64,000 bases of DNA from Nitrospirota bacterium (GCA_021825295.1 JAKAHV010000005.1:8512-72511), one strand, 5' to 3'; numbered from the stretch's first letter, positions 28,808 to 37,709 are shown. Notes: generated from the letters alone by a model not told the origin. Numbers and translations are program-made.

Positions 28808-28841
28808 CTCCACCCCGGGAAACAGTTTCCCCGGGGTGGAG
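28808..28841. terminator. 12-bp GC-rich hairpin between convergent CBS and sppA genes
   Basis: ctccaccccggg-aaacagtttc-cccggggtggag. There is no clear U-tract on either strand, so it may only be a stabiliser or bidirectional pause site. Confidence 0.35.
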
Positions 28842-28926
28842 CAATACGCTCGCCATCCATTTACCAAGAAGTACACAAGTTAAGATTAAAATATCATTGC
28901 GCCGTTAAAAGCCGTCATGCCGCTGC

Positions 28927-29901
28927 CTACGGGTTCCAAAGGTACATGAACGCCACGCCAGGCTCCGGCGCGAGGCCTTCGATGGATATGAGGTTTATGT
29001 TGACCCCGTTTTGCATCCTCCCGCCAAAGGGCGCCTCCGAATATACCGTTTCCTTGAACTGCCCCGGCCTGGCATACGTCACGACCCTCGCCCTTGTAAT
29101 TTTCAGGGATTTCTCCAGGCCCTTTATGGCCTCATCCAGATAGGCCTCCTGGTCTATGAGCCTCGCCTTGAGCGCCTGGTCCGCCGTGAATATGCGGCCG
29201 TCCGACAGCGCCAGGACCTGCTGTCTGGAGAGCACCTTCTGCCTGTTTTTGTAAACGGCGTTTATGAACCTGCCGTAGAGGTCCTCTATGACCGACTGCA
29301 GCATGGCCTTCTCCTGCGGCGTGCTCGGACGGAAGGGCGACCAGAAATCCTTTACCGGCCCGGATTTGTACGTCTCCTCCCGGACCCCCACCTTCGACAT
29401 CAGGCCCTCGATGTTGAGCTTCATCGCAATCACGCCGATGCTGCCCGTAAGCGCCGTGGGGCTGGCGATTATCCGGTCCGCCGCCGATGCCACATAGTAG
29501 CCGCCCGATGCCCCGATATCCATTATGTATGCATACACGGGGACCTTCTTTTTCCGCTTGAAGCGCTCTATCTCGTGATAGATGGTGTCGCTGGCCGTTA
29601 CGCCCCCGCCGGGGGAGCTGATCCTGATTATGACGCCCTCTATGTCCTTGTCCTTTTCAGCCTTCCGAAGGGCCTCGCTGAAATATTCAACGGGCGAAGG
29701 CGCTCCCGCCCCAAGATAAGTCTTTTTCTCGCCGAAGGATATGACGCCGTCCAGGTCCAGCAGGAGAATCTTCGGACGCCCTTCCCCTTCTATCAGCTTT
29801 TCCTTTAGGGGCTTTGCCTGCGGGAAAAGCGAAATGTTAAAACTCGCGCAGGCGGCGAGCATCAAAAAAAGAGGCAGGAGAAAGACGATCTTTTTTTTCA
29901 T
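28927..29901 (-). CDS. sppA: signal peptide peptidase SppA (36K type)
   Basis: Lipoprotein-like signal sequence (LMLAACAS) and ClpP/crotonase-fold motifs (MDIGASGGYYVASAADRI, GSIGV). Confidence 0.85.
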   Translation of the reverse strand: MKKKIVFLLPLFLMLAACASFNISLFPQAKPLKEKLIEGEGRPKILLLDLDGVISFGEKKTYLGAGAPSPVEYFSEALRKAEKDKDIEGVIIRISSPGGGVTASDTIYHEIERFKRKKKVPVYAYIMDIGASGGYYVASAADRIIASPTALTGSIGVIAMKLNIEGLMSKVGVREETYKSGPVKDFWSPFRPSTPQEKAMLQSVIEDLYGRFINAVYKNRQKVLSRQQVLALSDGRIFTADQALKARLIDQEAYLDEAIKGLEKSLKITRARVVTYARPGQFKETVYSEAPFGGRMQNGVNINLISIEGLAPEPGVAFMYLWNP

Positions 29902-29961
29902 TTCCAGGCTCCTTGGGGTGGGATTTATTCACTTCATTTTCATGTATGAGATTATATCAAA

Positions 29962-30130
29962 GTCCGTCTTATCCGCCCGGCCCTTTCGTTCGGTCGCGCG
30001 GTTCCGGGCGTGTACAAACGGCTTTATTCAGGCGTCTTCCAGGGCGAATGGCGAAAGCTTGGCAAGATGCGGCGCGCCGTGATCCGTCCGCTTGCTCGCT
30101 CTCTCAAGGTCAGGAGCGGATATCCCTCCC
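29962..30130. repeat. core-only relative of the family A element (copy B1)
   Basis: cctttcgttcggtcgcgcggttccgggcgt...cagggcgaatggcgaaagcttggcaagatgcgg...atccgtccgct aligns with the interior of A1 (14791-14915). It lacks the outer 23-bp TIR. Confidence 0.55.
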
Positions 30131-30184
30131 CATGCCGCTAATTTTAAAGCAAATTTACGGGGCACTAATATTTTGGGATAGGTT

Positions 30185-30652
30185 CTACACTGAAAGTTCC
30201 TCCAGGAGCTGTCTTACAGTCTTTTTAAATACGGGGTGGACCGCCTCGGGCGCGATCTCGGCCAGCGGCATCAAGACAAATTCCCTTTCGTGCATGAGCG
30301 GGTGAGGGACCTTCAGGCCCGGCTGGTCTATTATCTCGCCGCCGTACAGGAGGATATCCAGATCGATAATCCTGGGGCCCCATTTCCGGACGCGCACCCG
30401 GCCCATCTCATTTTCCACCTGAAACAGGGTTTGAAGGAGTTTCATTGGCGCGAGGTCCGTCTCCACGACGGCGGCCATGTTTATGAAATCCGGCTGGCCG
30501 GCCACCTCCCGTCCGCCCCAGGGCTTTGTCACATGCGCGCCGGAGACGGCCTTGATCCTTATGCCTCTTTGTTCGAGGAGTTTTAGCGCCTTCCGGCAGT
30601 TTTGGAGCCTGTCGCCCAGGTTCGAACCTATGCCGATGCAGGCGGTTGGCAA
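30185..30652 (-). CDS. folK: 2-amino-4-hydroxy-6-hydroxymethyldihydropteridine diphosphokinase
   Basis: IGIGSNLGDR..., GPRIIDLDILLYG and PHPLMHEREFVL are HPPK motifs. Confidence 0.85.
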   Translation of the reverse strand: MPTACIGIGSNLGDRLQNCRKALKLLEQRGIRIKAVSGAHVTKPWGGREVAGQPDFINMAAVVETDLAPMKLLQTLFQVENEMGRVRVRKWGPRIIDLDILLYGGEIIDQPGLKVPHPLMHEREFVLMPLAEIAPEAVHPVFKKTVRQLLEELSV

Positions 30653-30662
30653 GGGCGGGCGG

Positions 30663-31835
30663 TCAGAGGGATTTGCCTATCCGCTCCACGGCTTCCTCTG
30701 TCCTGGAGACAGGGACGGTGAGGGCAAAGCGGATATATCCCTCGCCCGCCGCCCCAAATCCCACGCCGGGGGTGGCCACGATGCCGGCCTTTTCAAGGAG
30801 GAGTTTCGCGAAGGCCCTGGAATCGTTTCTGTATTCGGCCGGGCATGACGCCCACAGATAGAACGTGGCCTCAGGTTTCATGACCTGGAAGCCCAGCCTC
30901 CTCAGCCCGGAATAAAGCGCGTCTCTTCTCTGCTGATAGGTCTCTCTTATGCCGGAGAGCTCTCCGTCTCCGGTCTCAAGGGCGGTGATGCCGGCCTCCT
31001 GAACGGCCTGGAACACGCCGGAGTCCAGGTTGGTCTTTATCTTTCCGAGCCCGGCTATTACGTCCCGGTTGCCCACGGCGAACCCGATGCGCCAGCCTGT
31101 CATGTTGTAGGTCTTGGAAAGTGAATGAAATTCTATCCCGGCCTGCTTTGCCCCGGGAGTTTCGAGGTAGCTTTCCGGCCTTTTCCCGTTGTAATAGATT
31201 TCCGAATAAGCGGCGTCATGGCAGACGATTATGTTGTGTCTGCCGGCAAAATCCACCACTTTCCTGAAAAAACCCTTGCCGGCCACCGCGGAGGTGGGGT
31301 TATTGGGGTAATTTACGAACATGAGCTTCGCCCGCTTCAGGACGTCAGCGGGGATGGATTCAAGGTCCGGCAGGAACCCGTTTTTCTCCAGAAGGGGCAT
31401 CGGGTAGCCCTCGGCGCCGGCAAAAAGCGCGCTTACGGGATAGACGGGGTAACCGGGCGAGCTGTAGAGCACTGCGTCCCCAGGTCCGGCAAAGGCAAGG
31501 GGGATATGCCCGATGCCCTCTTTCGAGCCTATGAGCGACAGGACCTCCGTTTGGGCATCCAGGGAAACGCCGAAGCGCCTCTTATACCAGTCCGCCACGG
31601 CCTGCCTGAAGGCAGGCATCCCCTCGTAGGAGGGGTAACGATGATTTTTCGGCTCCTGGGCGGCCTTCTTCAGCGCATCCACTATATGCCCTGGCGTGGG
31701 CATGTCTGGGTCGCCGATGCTTAAATCTATGACGTCGACGCCTTTTCTGAGCTGCTCCTGCTTCAGCCTGTCTATCTCGGCAAACAGATAAGGCGGCAGA
31801 TGGCGCAGCCTTTCGGCGAGCTCTACTTTTATCAC
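30663..31835 (-). CDS. class I/II PLP aminotransferase, LL-diaminopimelate aminotransferase (DapL)-like
   Basis: LPPYLFAEIDRLK...IDLSIGDPDMPTP and a SLSKTYNMTGWR lysine motif. The preferred start is the GTG at 31835, 7 nt after a GGAGG; the track start is 31868. Confidence 0.75.
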   Translation of the reverse strand: MIKVELAERLRHLPPYLFAEIDRLKQEQLRKGVDVIDLSIGDPDMPTPGHIVDALKKAAQEPKNHRYPSYEGMPAFRQAVADWYKRRFGVSLDAQTEVLSLIGSKEGIGHIPLAFAGPGDAVLYSSPGYPVYPVSALFAGAEGYPMPLLEKNGFLPDLESIPADVLKRAKLMFVNYPNNPTSAVAGKGFFRKVVDFAGRHNIIVCHDAAYSEIYYNGKRPESYLETPGAKQAGIEFHSLSKTYNMTGWRIGFAVGNRDVIAGLGKIKTNLDSGVFQAVQEAGITALETGDGELSGIRETYQQRRDALYSGLRRLGFQVMKPEATFYLWASCPAEYRNDSRAFAKLLLEKAGIVATPGVGFGAAGEGYIRFALTVPVSRTEEAVERIGKSL

Positions 31836-31957
31836 TGTAAGGACCTCCAAAAAATGCCGGCAAAACAAAAAACAGGAGACTTTATTTTGCCGCTTTTCAA
31901 AATTTCAAAATATTATACATTATTGATTAGGTCGGGTTAGGGTTTGGGATTGGGGTT

Positions 31958-32485
31958 TTAAATCCCTATTCCCAGAATAATATAGTAGGAATCTATCCCC
32001 TCGTTGTAATTGAAGAGGCCGGCGTTTGAAAGATGCCTGTACCTGTATGAGAGGCTTATGTCTCTGGCAAGATAAAAACCGCCGCCGAGGATGAGGTCGA
32101 ACAGGAAATCGTCGCCAAGGAGCCTGCCCGCGAAGTGCCTGTTGGAAATCAGGTTGGCTCCCGCGCCGAGGTCCACAAAGGCCGTAAGGCTTTTGTAACG
32201 GGCCAGCTTGCGTCCAACCAGCGAAAAGCCGCCGGTCCAGAGCGTATCGCTGTCCGTATTAATGTATTCCAGGGTCGGCTCCACGCGCAGCAAAAAATCC
32301 GGGTAGAGCGGGCGCTGCCATGCGCCCATGAGCATCACCTGCTTCGCCCCGTTTCCGTTCAGGCTCCCGCCTCCGGCAATGTCGATCTCAAAGCGCTTCT
32401 GCCCGGCGGCGCTGCAAGGCGGGACAAGGACGAAAAACATCATGGCAAGAAGCGATACACCCCGTTTCGACGTTGCGAAATTCAT
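31958..32485 (-). CDS. outer-membrane beta-barrel, acyloxyacyl hydrolase / lipid A deacylase (PagL)-like
   Basis: Signal peptide, alternating beta-strand pattern, and a C-terminal HLSNAG motif typical of the PagL-like family. Confidence 0.55.
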   Translation of the reverse strand: MNFATSKRGVSLLAMMFFVLVPPCSAAGQKRFEIDIAGGGSLNGNGAKQVMLMGAWQRPLYPDFLLRVEPTLEYINTDSDTLWTGGFSLVGRKLARYKSLTAFVDLGAGANLISNRHFAGRLLGDDFLFDLILGGGFYLARDISLSYRYRHLSNAGLFNYNEGIDSYYIILGIGI

Positions 32486-32599
32486 GGTGAATTAAAACTC
32501 CACTTCGGCAAAACCATATAAAATGATACTTTTTTCGCATGCGGGGAGGCAAGGAAAAATCTGTATTGAACACGTCTTCCGCGTTATAATATTGAATCT

Positions 32600-32923
32600 A
32601 TGGGGCCCTTTATAAAAACCCTCCTTACGGTGAATGACCGTATCTATGATCTGGCCGTCCTTGTCTACTCGGGGGCGGGCCTGATAGCGTGGGCTGCTCC
32701 GAAGCGGGCCGGCGGGCGGCCTCTGCTTCCCAGGCTGGCCAAGCTTTCATTTGTATTTTTTGTCCTGGCCGGGATGCCGAGGATGCTCACGTATCACAGC
32801 TTCGAATGGCGGAGCGCGGTAAGCTCGGGGCAGGCGGAAACGCTGCTGTTAAAACTCTGCGTCCTCTGTCTTCTTGCCGGCCTGGGCACATACGCCTGGC
32901 TCAGGGCAGGCAAAAAGGGTTAG
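32600..32923 (+). CDS. small hypothetical membrane protein
   Basis: 107 aa with three hydrophobic segments and no recognisable motif. Convergent with the SAM synthetase gene, overlapping it by 4 nt. Confidence 0.4.
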   Translation: MGPFIKTLLTVNDRIYDLAVLVYSGAGLIAWAAPKRAGGRPLLPRLAKLSFVFFVLAGMPRMLTYHSFEWRSAVSSGQAETLLLKLCVLCLLAGLGTYAWLRAGKKG

Positions 32924-34140
32924 CAGACCCTGTATCTTCCCCTGGCAAGACGGCCTGTAAAGGAGAGGATATTCTTCTCTGACAGCTCCTCCTCGATTAC
33001 GCCGTTTATCAGGCCGGAGACGTCCCCTATGCGGACCCCTTTTTGCAGCCTCAGTTTCACCGATATGGCGGCGGGCCTGTTGACCTGCACACCTATGCGG
33101 CTTACAAGAAGCACATAGGCCTCGCGCACGCCCTCCGCCGCCTCAACGACCTTTCTTGCAAGCAGGTGCGCCAGGACGCCGTAGATCTTTCCCGTATGGC
33201 TCAGCGGGTTTTTCCCCGCGGCGGCCTCCATGGTGATGGGCCGCCCCGGACTTATCAGGCCGTTTGCGCGGTTGCCCCTGCCCACCTGGCCGCTGTCGGC
33301 GTCCTCGGCGCTGGTGCCAAGCACGCTCAGATAGATGCCGTCCGCGCCGCGGCCCCGCGCATCGAGACTATTTAGATGGACCAGGAAATCATCGAAATAG
33401 GCGCCCGTGTTTCCCTTTCGCAGAAACCCCTCTATCGCGGCCAGTATCATCTCTTTTCTCACAAAGTATTCCGCTTCGGCCCTCAGGAACCTGTCTATAA
33501 GCGGCATCGCGATTGTTACCGTGACGGACCTGTTCTCCCTCACCGCCATCACCTTTATGTCCTCTCCGGTCTCGGGATAGCGCCGCTTGAAGGCCTTTGA
33601 ATTCAAAAACCCTTCGAGTTCAAGCACCAGGGTCTCGGTGGGCGACAGCGGCCAGTAGCCGATGGCGGCCGAGGTGTCGTTGGCGCCCAGGAGCCTGCGC
33701 CTGCCGCCTTCCGCATAGATCTGCGCCAACTGGGCGGAGCCCGGTGCAAGCTCCGGATGGAAGGTGATGTGCCTTTCGGGCTCCACAAACCGCAGATTGG
33801 CCGCAAGCCACTTTCTTGCGGCCTCCACCGCTATGTCTGCTACCGGGATTTCGACGCGCCCTGCCCGGAAGGTGGCCCTGTCTCCCATGAAAAAGCGCAT
33901 CGGCCTTATGATCCGGCCTCCCTGGAAGGCCTTTTGCGCCCGGCCCGCAGCCAAAAAACCCTTGTCGGCGTTATGGTGCAGGACCGTGCCCGCAATCCGC
34001 ATGTACTCTTTTGACAGGGACAGCGAAATGGCCTCCGAGAGGAGGTCCGCCATCGTGTCCGGATGGCCCAGCCCCTTCCTTTCGACGCACTCCACAGCCT
34101 CCTCGGATACGCTATGGCCGCCCAGGGATTCGATTTTCAT
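32920..34140 (-). CDS. archaeal-type S-adenosylmethionine synthetase (MAT, PF01941-like)
   Basis: VECVERKGLGHPDTMADLLSEAIS...VLHHNADK matches the archaeal MAT N-terminal signature (ERKGLGHPD...HHNTD), not bacterial MetK. Confidence 0.85.
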   Translation of the reverse strand: MKIESLGGHSVSEEAVECVERKGLGHPDTMADLLSEAISLSLSKEYMRIAGTVLHHNADKGFLAAGRAQKAFQGGRIIRPMRFFMGDRATFRAGRVEIPVADIAVEAARKWLAANLRFVEPERHITFHPELAPGSAQLAQIYAEGGRRRLLGANDTSAAIGYWPLSPTETLVLELEGFLNSKAFKRRYPETGEDIKVMAVRENRSVTVTIAMPLIDRFLRAEAEYFVRKEMILAAIEGFLRKGNTGAYFDDFLVHLNSLDARGRGADGIYLSVLGTSAEDADSGQVGRGNRANGLISPGRPITMEAAAGKNPLSHTGKIYGVLAHLLARKVVEAAEGVREAYVLLVSRIGVQVNRPAAISVKLRLQKGVRIGDVSGLINGVIEEELSEKNILSFTGRLARGRYRVC

Positions 34141-34299
34141 GGATAAATCATATCACCGCCTGCCAATGACAAGAAGCCGGCAAAATTTTTCCCCCTTTGA
34201 GGCAGAGTTCTCCGCCACATTAAAAAAGCGTTACATTCAGAAAAACCCCGTCGAAGAAGAATACCTTGAAACGGCGCGGATGCGGGAATTTATTTTTCT

Positions 34300-34911
34300 T
34301 TACGCCGCTATGCCGATGATTACCAGCGGGACAGCGGGAACGCCGCGCCCCTGCCTTATAACATTGTAAATCTCACCTTCATAATAGGCGACGCCGGAAC
34401 TCATTTGACTTTGAAGGGATTTCATAGGGAGGATTTCAATGCCCACGTCAATGAAATCGCTGACATAGAAGGCCAGATGTTTGACAAACAAGTCATAGGC
34501 CACAAAAGAATACTTGCCGAACTGGACTTCAACCGCCACTCTGTCCTTTACGAAATCGGTTTGATTATAACTAAAAATCGGCGATTCGCCCGCCGCTTCA
34601 ATTTCCTTCTTTTGCTCTTCGGGCGGCATCGTCAGGGTTTTGCGAATCAATTTTTCACTTTTGGTAACCCAATAGCTGACCCTGCTTTCATGCCAGTTTT
34701 TGGCTTTTAAGAGACTGTCAAAATTTTTGTTTAAATCTATGGGGCTGCAGAGAACTTTTCCTCTCATGGTCTTTTCTTTTGATATTTTTGTCCTGCATTT
34801 TTCCGCATCAACGGATTCGATAACATTTTGTATTTCTTTCCAAAGGTCCGGCTTATGGACAAGCAGGAATTCAAGGCCGTTGAGATGGGAGTAAGTTTCG
34901 GCTATTTTCAT
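34300..34911 (-). CDS. type II restriction endonuclease, BglII/BamHI-fold family
   Basis: 203 aa. PDLWKEIQNVI near the N-terminus and the catalytic-core-like DRVAVEVQFGKYSFVAYDLF resemble my recollection of BglII (PQLWKEIE, TLVEVQFSNYPF). AT-rich codon usage. The start overlaps the methyltransferase stop. Confidence 0.7.
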   Translation of the reverse strand: MKIAETYSHLNGLEFLLVHKPDLWKEIQNVIESVDAEKCRTKISKEKTMRGKVLCSPIDLNKNFDSLLKAKNWHESRVSYWVTKSEKLIRKTLTMPPEEQKKEIEAAGESPIFSYNQTDFVKDRVAVEVQFGKYSFVAYDLFVKHLAFYVSDFIDVGIEILPMKSLQSQMSSGVAYYEGEIYNVIRQGRGVPAVPLVIIGIAA

Positions 34912-35858
34912 TGGCCAGGATATTTCCGTTTCTTTTCTTTAATCAACAGGGGTTGATCGGAATTGCCCGCTTTTACCCAAGGGGCAACCGTCAGGCTGTT
35001 GCCTGCTTTCCTGGGATCATACACGGGACGGTTCATGGGACGTGTTCTTAATATCCCGGCTAATTCTTTTTCTATTCTTTGTCCTGCAAGTCTGATATAT
35101 TGCGGAAGAATTTCCGCGCCGGCTCCCCGGCGATTATGACGGATCGCTGAAATTATTGATGTGCCAGTGCCGAGGAAAGGATCGAAGACCCAGTCGTCTT
35201 CACAAGTCATTGAAAGAACGAGTCTTTCTATAAGTTCAACGGGAAATTGGCACGGATGGTCCGTTTTTTCCACATGATTACTCTTAACATTGGGAATTAT
35301 CCATAAATCTCCAGGGTTTTTGCCAAGCGGATTGCAGGAATATTTACCGGCTTTCGGACCTTTAAAATATTTTTTGCCTGGATATTTCTGAGGAACTCTG
35401 ACAGGATCCAGGTTAAAAACATAATTATCCGATTTGGTAAACCAGATTATGGTTTCATAACGCCCTGAAAATCTGCGGCTGCAATGGAGGCCGTGCTCGA
35501 AATGCCATATTATTCTATTTCGCATTTTTAAACCAAGACTGGTAAATATCGGGTAAAGAACGGTATCTAAAGGAATAATGCTGCCGTTATCAACATAATT
35601 GCCGACCTGCCAGCAAATACTGCCGCGGGGGCTAAGACTCCTGGCGCACTCGCGGATTACAGCAGCCTGCTGTTCAAGATAATTTCCAAGCTTGAGCCTT
35701 TTTTCGTACTCTTTCCCGATATTGTACGGCGGTGAAGTAACAATAAGCTGCAGCGACTCGTCCGGGATTGCCGATAAGAGTTCCAGGCAATCTCCCTGAT
35801 AAATGATTATGCGCTCGGAACGTGAAAATTTTTCCGCTATGGTCCATTTATTAAACAC
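34908..35858 (-). CDS. DNA methyltransferase, beta-class, SPPY motif (predicted N4-cytosine or N6-adenine)
   Basis: Motif IV IVTSPPYNIGKEY precedes motif I DPFLGTGTS, which is the beta-class order. SPPY is more typical of m4C enzymes. Confidence 0.85.
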   Translation of the reverse strand: MFNKWTIAEKFSRSERIIIYQGDCLELLSAIPDESLQLIVTSPPYNIGKEYEKRLKLGNYLEQQAAVIRECARSLSPRGSICWQVGNYVDNGSIIPLDTVLYPIFTSLGLKMRNRIIWHFEHGLHCSRRFSGRYETIIWFTKSDNYVFNLDPVRVPQKYPGKKYFKGPKAGKYSCNPLGKNPGDLWIIPNVKSNHVEKTDHPCQFPVELIERLVLSMTCEDDWVFDPFLGTGTSIISAIRHNRRGAGAEILPQYIRLAGQRIEKELAGILRTRPMNRPVYDPRKAGNSLTVAPWVKAGNSDQPLLIKEKKRKYPGQ

Positions 35859-35914
35859 GCTTATTATCTTTAAAAATAAGTAGTGATAAAATCAAATGTT
35901 GATCTTCCCTTGCG

Positions 35915-36036
35915 TTGTCATCCCCGCAAGCGAAGCGCGTCGGGAATCCTTCTTAAGAAAGATTCCGGGCAAGCCGGAATGACAAACCCAAAATTCAAAA
36001 CAGATACCCTGCAGAGCTTGCCGCAGGGTGATTCAT
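35915..36036. repeat. hairpin repeats (family D, copy D2)
   Basis: Imperfect inverted repeat: ttgtcatccccgcaagcgaagcgcgtcgggaatc ... gattccgggcaagccggaatgacaa (35915-35985). It is followed by gataccctgcagagcttgccgcagggtgattcat (36003-36036), which is near-identical to 19646-19677. Confidence 0.55.
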
Positions 36037-36096
36037 TCACAATCTGCGGAATTATAACAGATTTTAAAATTGCAATATCCCGGAAAAACCCCTTTG

Positions 36097-36352
36097 GGGC
36101 CCGGTCAGATTTGTGGGGCCCGTATCTGTCAGTATCCGGAGAGAAGCGTATCTGCCCGCTCCAGGTAGAAGCGAAGAGCGGACGGATACCGGCGGGCCGC
36201 ATCCTGACAATGGCTTGATATGGGGGCTTGATATTTGCCCTTGGCGGCAATTTAAGCAGAGACGTTTGCATACGCCCGGAAGGAAAAACGCGCGCCAAAC
36301 GGTGGTGAGCAGGCAGATGCGCCGCCTTGCCCCGCAAATCTGACGCAGGCCC
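36097..36352. mobile_element. MITE-like element, family A, copy A2 (inverted relative to A1, about 256 bp)
   Basis: The ends are gggcccggtcagatttgtgggg and ccccgcaaatctgacgcaggccc. The reverse complement of the interior aligns with A1 (for example atatcaagccattgtcaggatgcggcccgccggtatccgtccgctcttcgcttc). I saw no target duplication. Confidence 0.7.
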
Positions 36353-36368
36353 CGAAAATGTCTTTTAT

Positions 36369-36397
36369 TTGACACCTTTTTTGTTTTTAGGTTAATT
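36369..36397 (+). promoter_or_regulatory. candidate sigma-70 promoter (TTGACA-17 nt-TTAATT) for the 36405 ORF
   Basis: TTGACA at 36369-36374 and TTAATT at 36392-36397. The predicted start site falls on or next to the ATG at 36405, so the transcript may be leaderless. Confidence 0.35.
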
Positions 36398-36404
36398 TCA
36401 AAGA

Positions 36405-36653
36405 ATGGATATTACAACCAAGCTCGCCCTGGTCCTCGGGCTTTTTTTCTTTACCGTCCTTTTGAACCTGCCCTTCGGCTACCTTAGGGCGAAGGTGAAA
36501 AAATTCTCCTTCCACTGGTTTCTCTATATACATCTGCCCATTCCGCTTATCTTTCTTGGCAGGAGGCTGTCGCAGCTTAGCTGGCATTACATCCCCCTGT
36601 TTGTGGCCGCGGCCCTTATAGGCCAGTTTTCGGGCGGCGGTCTCGTCTTCTGA
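36405..36653 (+). CDS. small hypothetical membrane protein
   Basis: 82 aa with three hydrophobic segments. Directly upstream of the two dehydrogenase genes. Confidence 0.45.
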   Translation: MDITTKLALVLGLFFFTVLLNLPFGYLRAKVKKFSFHWFLYIHLPIPLIFLGRRLSQLSWHYIPLFVAAALIGQFSGGGLVF

Positions 36654-36663
36654 TTCACCCCCC

Positions 36664-37698
36664 ATGCGGATGAAACAGCCGATGAAGCAGCTCTGGCTTG
36701 CGGCCCCGGGGAAAACCGAGCTAAGGACGGTGCCCGTGCCGGAGCCCGGAAGGGGGGAGCTTTTGATAAAGGTGGAGGCGGCCCTCACCTGCGGCACGGA
36801 CCTCAAAGCCTGGCAGCGCGGGCACAGGCTGATCCCGATGCCCGGTCCCTTCGGCCATGAATTTTCCGGGACCGTCGCCGCCGCCGGCAGCGGCGTCAGG
36901 AAATTCAGGCCGGGCGATGCCGTCATGGCCGTCCACACCGCCCCCTGTCTCGACTGTGATTACTGCAAAAAGGGGTTTTACAACCTCTGCCGCAACATCA
37001 TGGACACGAAAGTGCTGGGCGCCTTCGGCCAATACGTGCTGCTGCCCCGCCGCATAGTGCAAGTAAACACCTACCATAAACCGAAGGCCCTGTCATTCGA
37101 AGAGGCCGCCTTTCTTGAGCCGCTAAGCTGCGTGGTGCATGGCGTGGAGAGACTGGAGGCCGGCGGGAAAGGCGAAAACGCGCTGATATTCGGGGCCGGC
37201 CCGATAGGGCTTTTGCATCTTGTCCTGCTGAAGGCAAAGGGTCTCAGGGCCGCCGTCTGCGACCCCGGCCCCGCGAGGCTGAGACTTTCAAAAAAGCTTG
37301 GCGCCGATGCGGCCTTCAGGCCGGAGGACGCAAAAAAGGCGGTGGAACGATTCGCCCCCCTGGGCGCCGATTACGTGATAGAGTGCACCGGACGCAGGGA
37401 GGTCTGGCAGTCCGCCCCTGAATACGCAAGGCGCGGGGCAAAAATAATGCTCTTCGGCGGGCTCAAGGAAGGCATGCAAGTGGCATGGCCTTCCCACAGG
37501 CTCCACTACGATGAACTGACGCTCATGGCGTCCTTTCACTTTTGCCCCCGGGACGTGCGGCTGGCCGTCAGGCTCCTTTCGGAAAGAAGGATCGATGTGA
37601 AACCCCTCATATCGGGCATATGTACGCTTGCCGGGGCTGAAAGGGCACTCGGGCGCCTGGCCCTCGGCCGGGGAATAAAGTACGTGATTAAAACTTAG
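36664..37698 (+). CDS. zinc-dependent medium-chain alcohol/polyol dehydrogenase
   Basis: The catalytic zinc motif context is LTCGTDLKAWQRGH. A structural zinc Cys cluster (CLDCDYCKKGFYNLC) and a GAGPIGL Rossmann motif are also present. Confidence 0.85.
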   Translation: MRMKQPMKQLWLAAPGKTELRTVPVPEPGRGELLIKVEAALTCGTDLKAWQRGHRLIPMPGPFGHEFSGTVAAAGSGVRKFRPGDAVMAVHTAPCLDCDYCKKGFYNLCRNIMDTKVLGAFGQYVLLPRRIVQVNTYHKPKALSFEEAAFLEPLSCVVHGVERLEAGGKGENALIFGAGPIGLLHLVLLKAKGLRAAVCDPGPARLRLSKKLGADAAFRPEDAKKAVERFAPLGADYVIECTGRREVWQSAPEYARRGAKIMLFGGLKEGMQVAWPSHRLHYDELTLMASFHFCPRDVRLAVRLLSERRIDVKPLISGICTLAGAERALGRLALGRGIKYVIKT

Positions 37699-37709
37699 CG
37701 GGATGGCAG

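Noticed and set aside
34141-34299. Possible SAM riboswitch in the 159-nt leader of the SAM synthetase gene.
   Set aside because: I could not recognise SAM-I, SAM-II/V or SAM/SAH consensus elements by eye. Only generic short hairpins are present. An Rfam/Infernal scan would be needed before any claim.
34300-35858. Inferring the R-M recognition site from palindrome avoidance.
   Set aside because: AGATCT and GGATCC both occur several times in the window, for example near 8020, 19925, 23961, 41085, 60979, 20541 and 50983. No depletion signal is usable at this scale.
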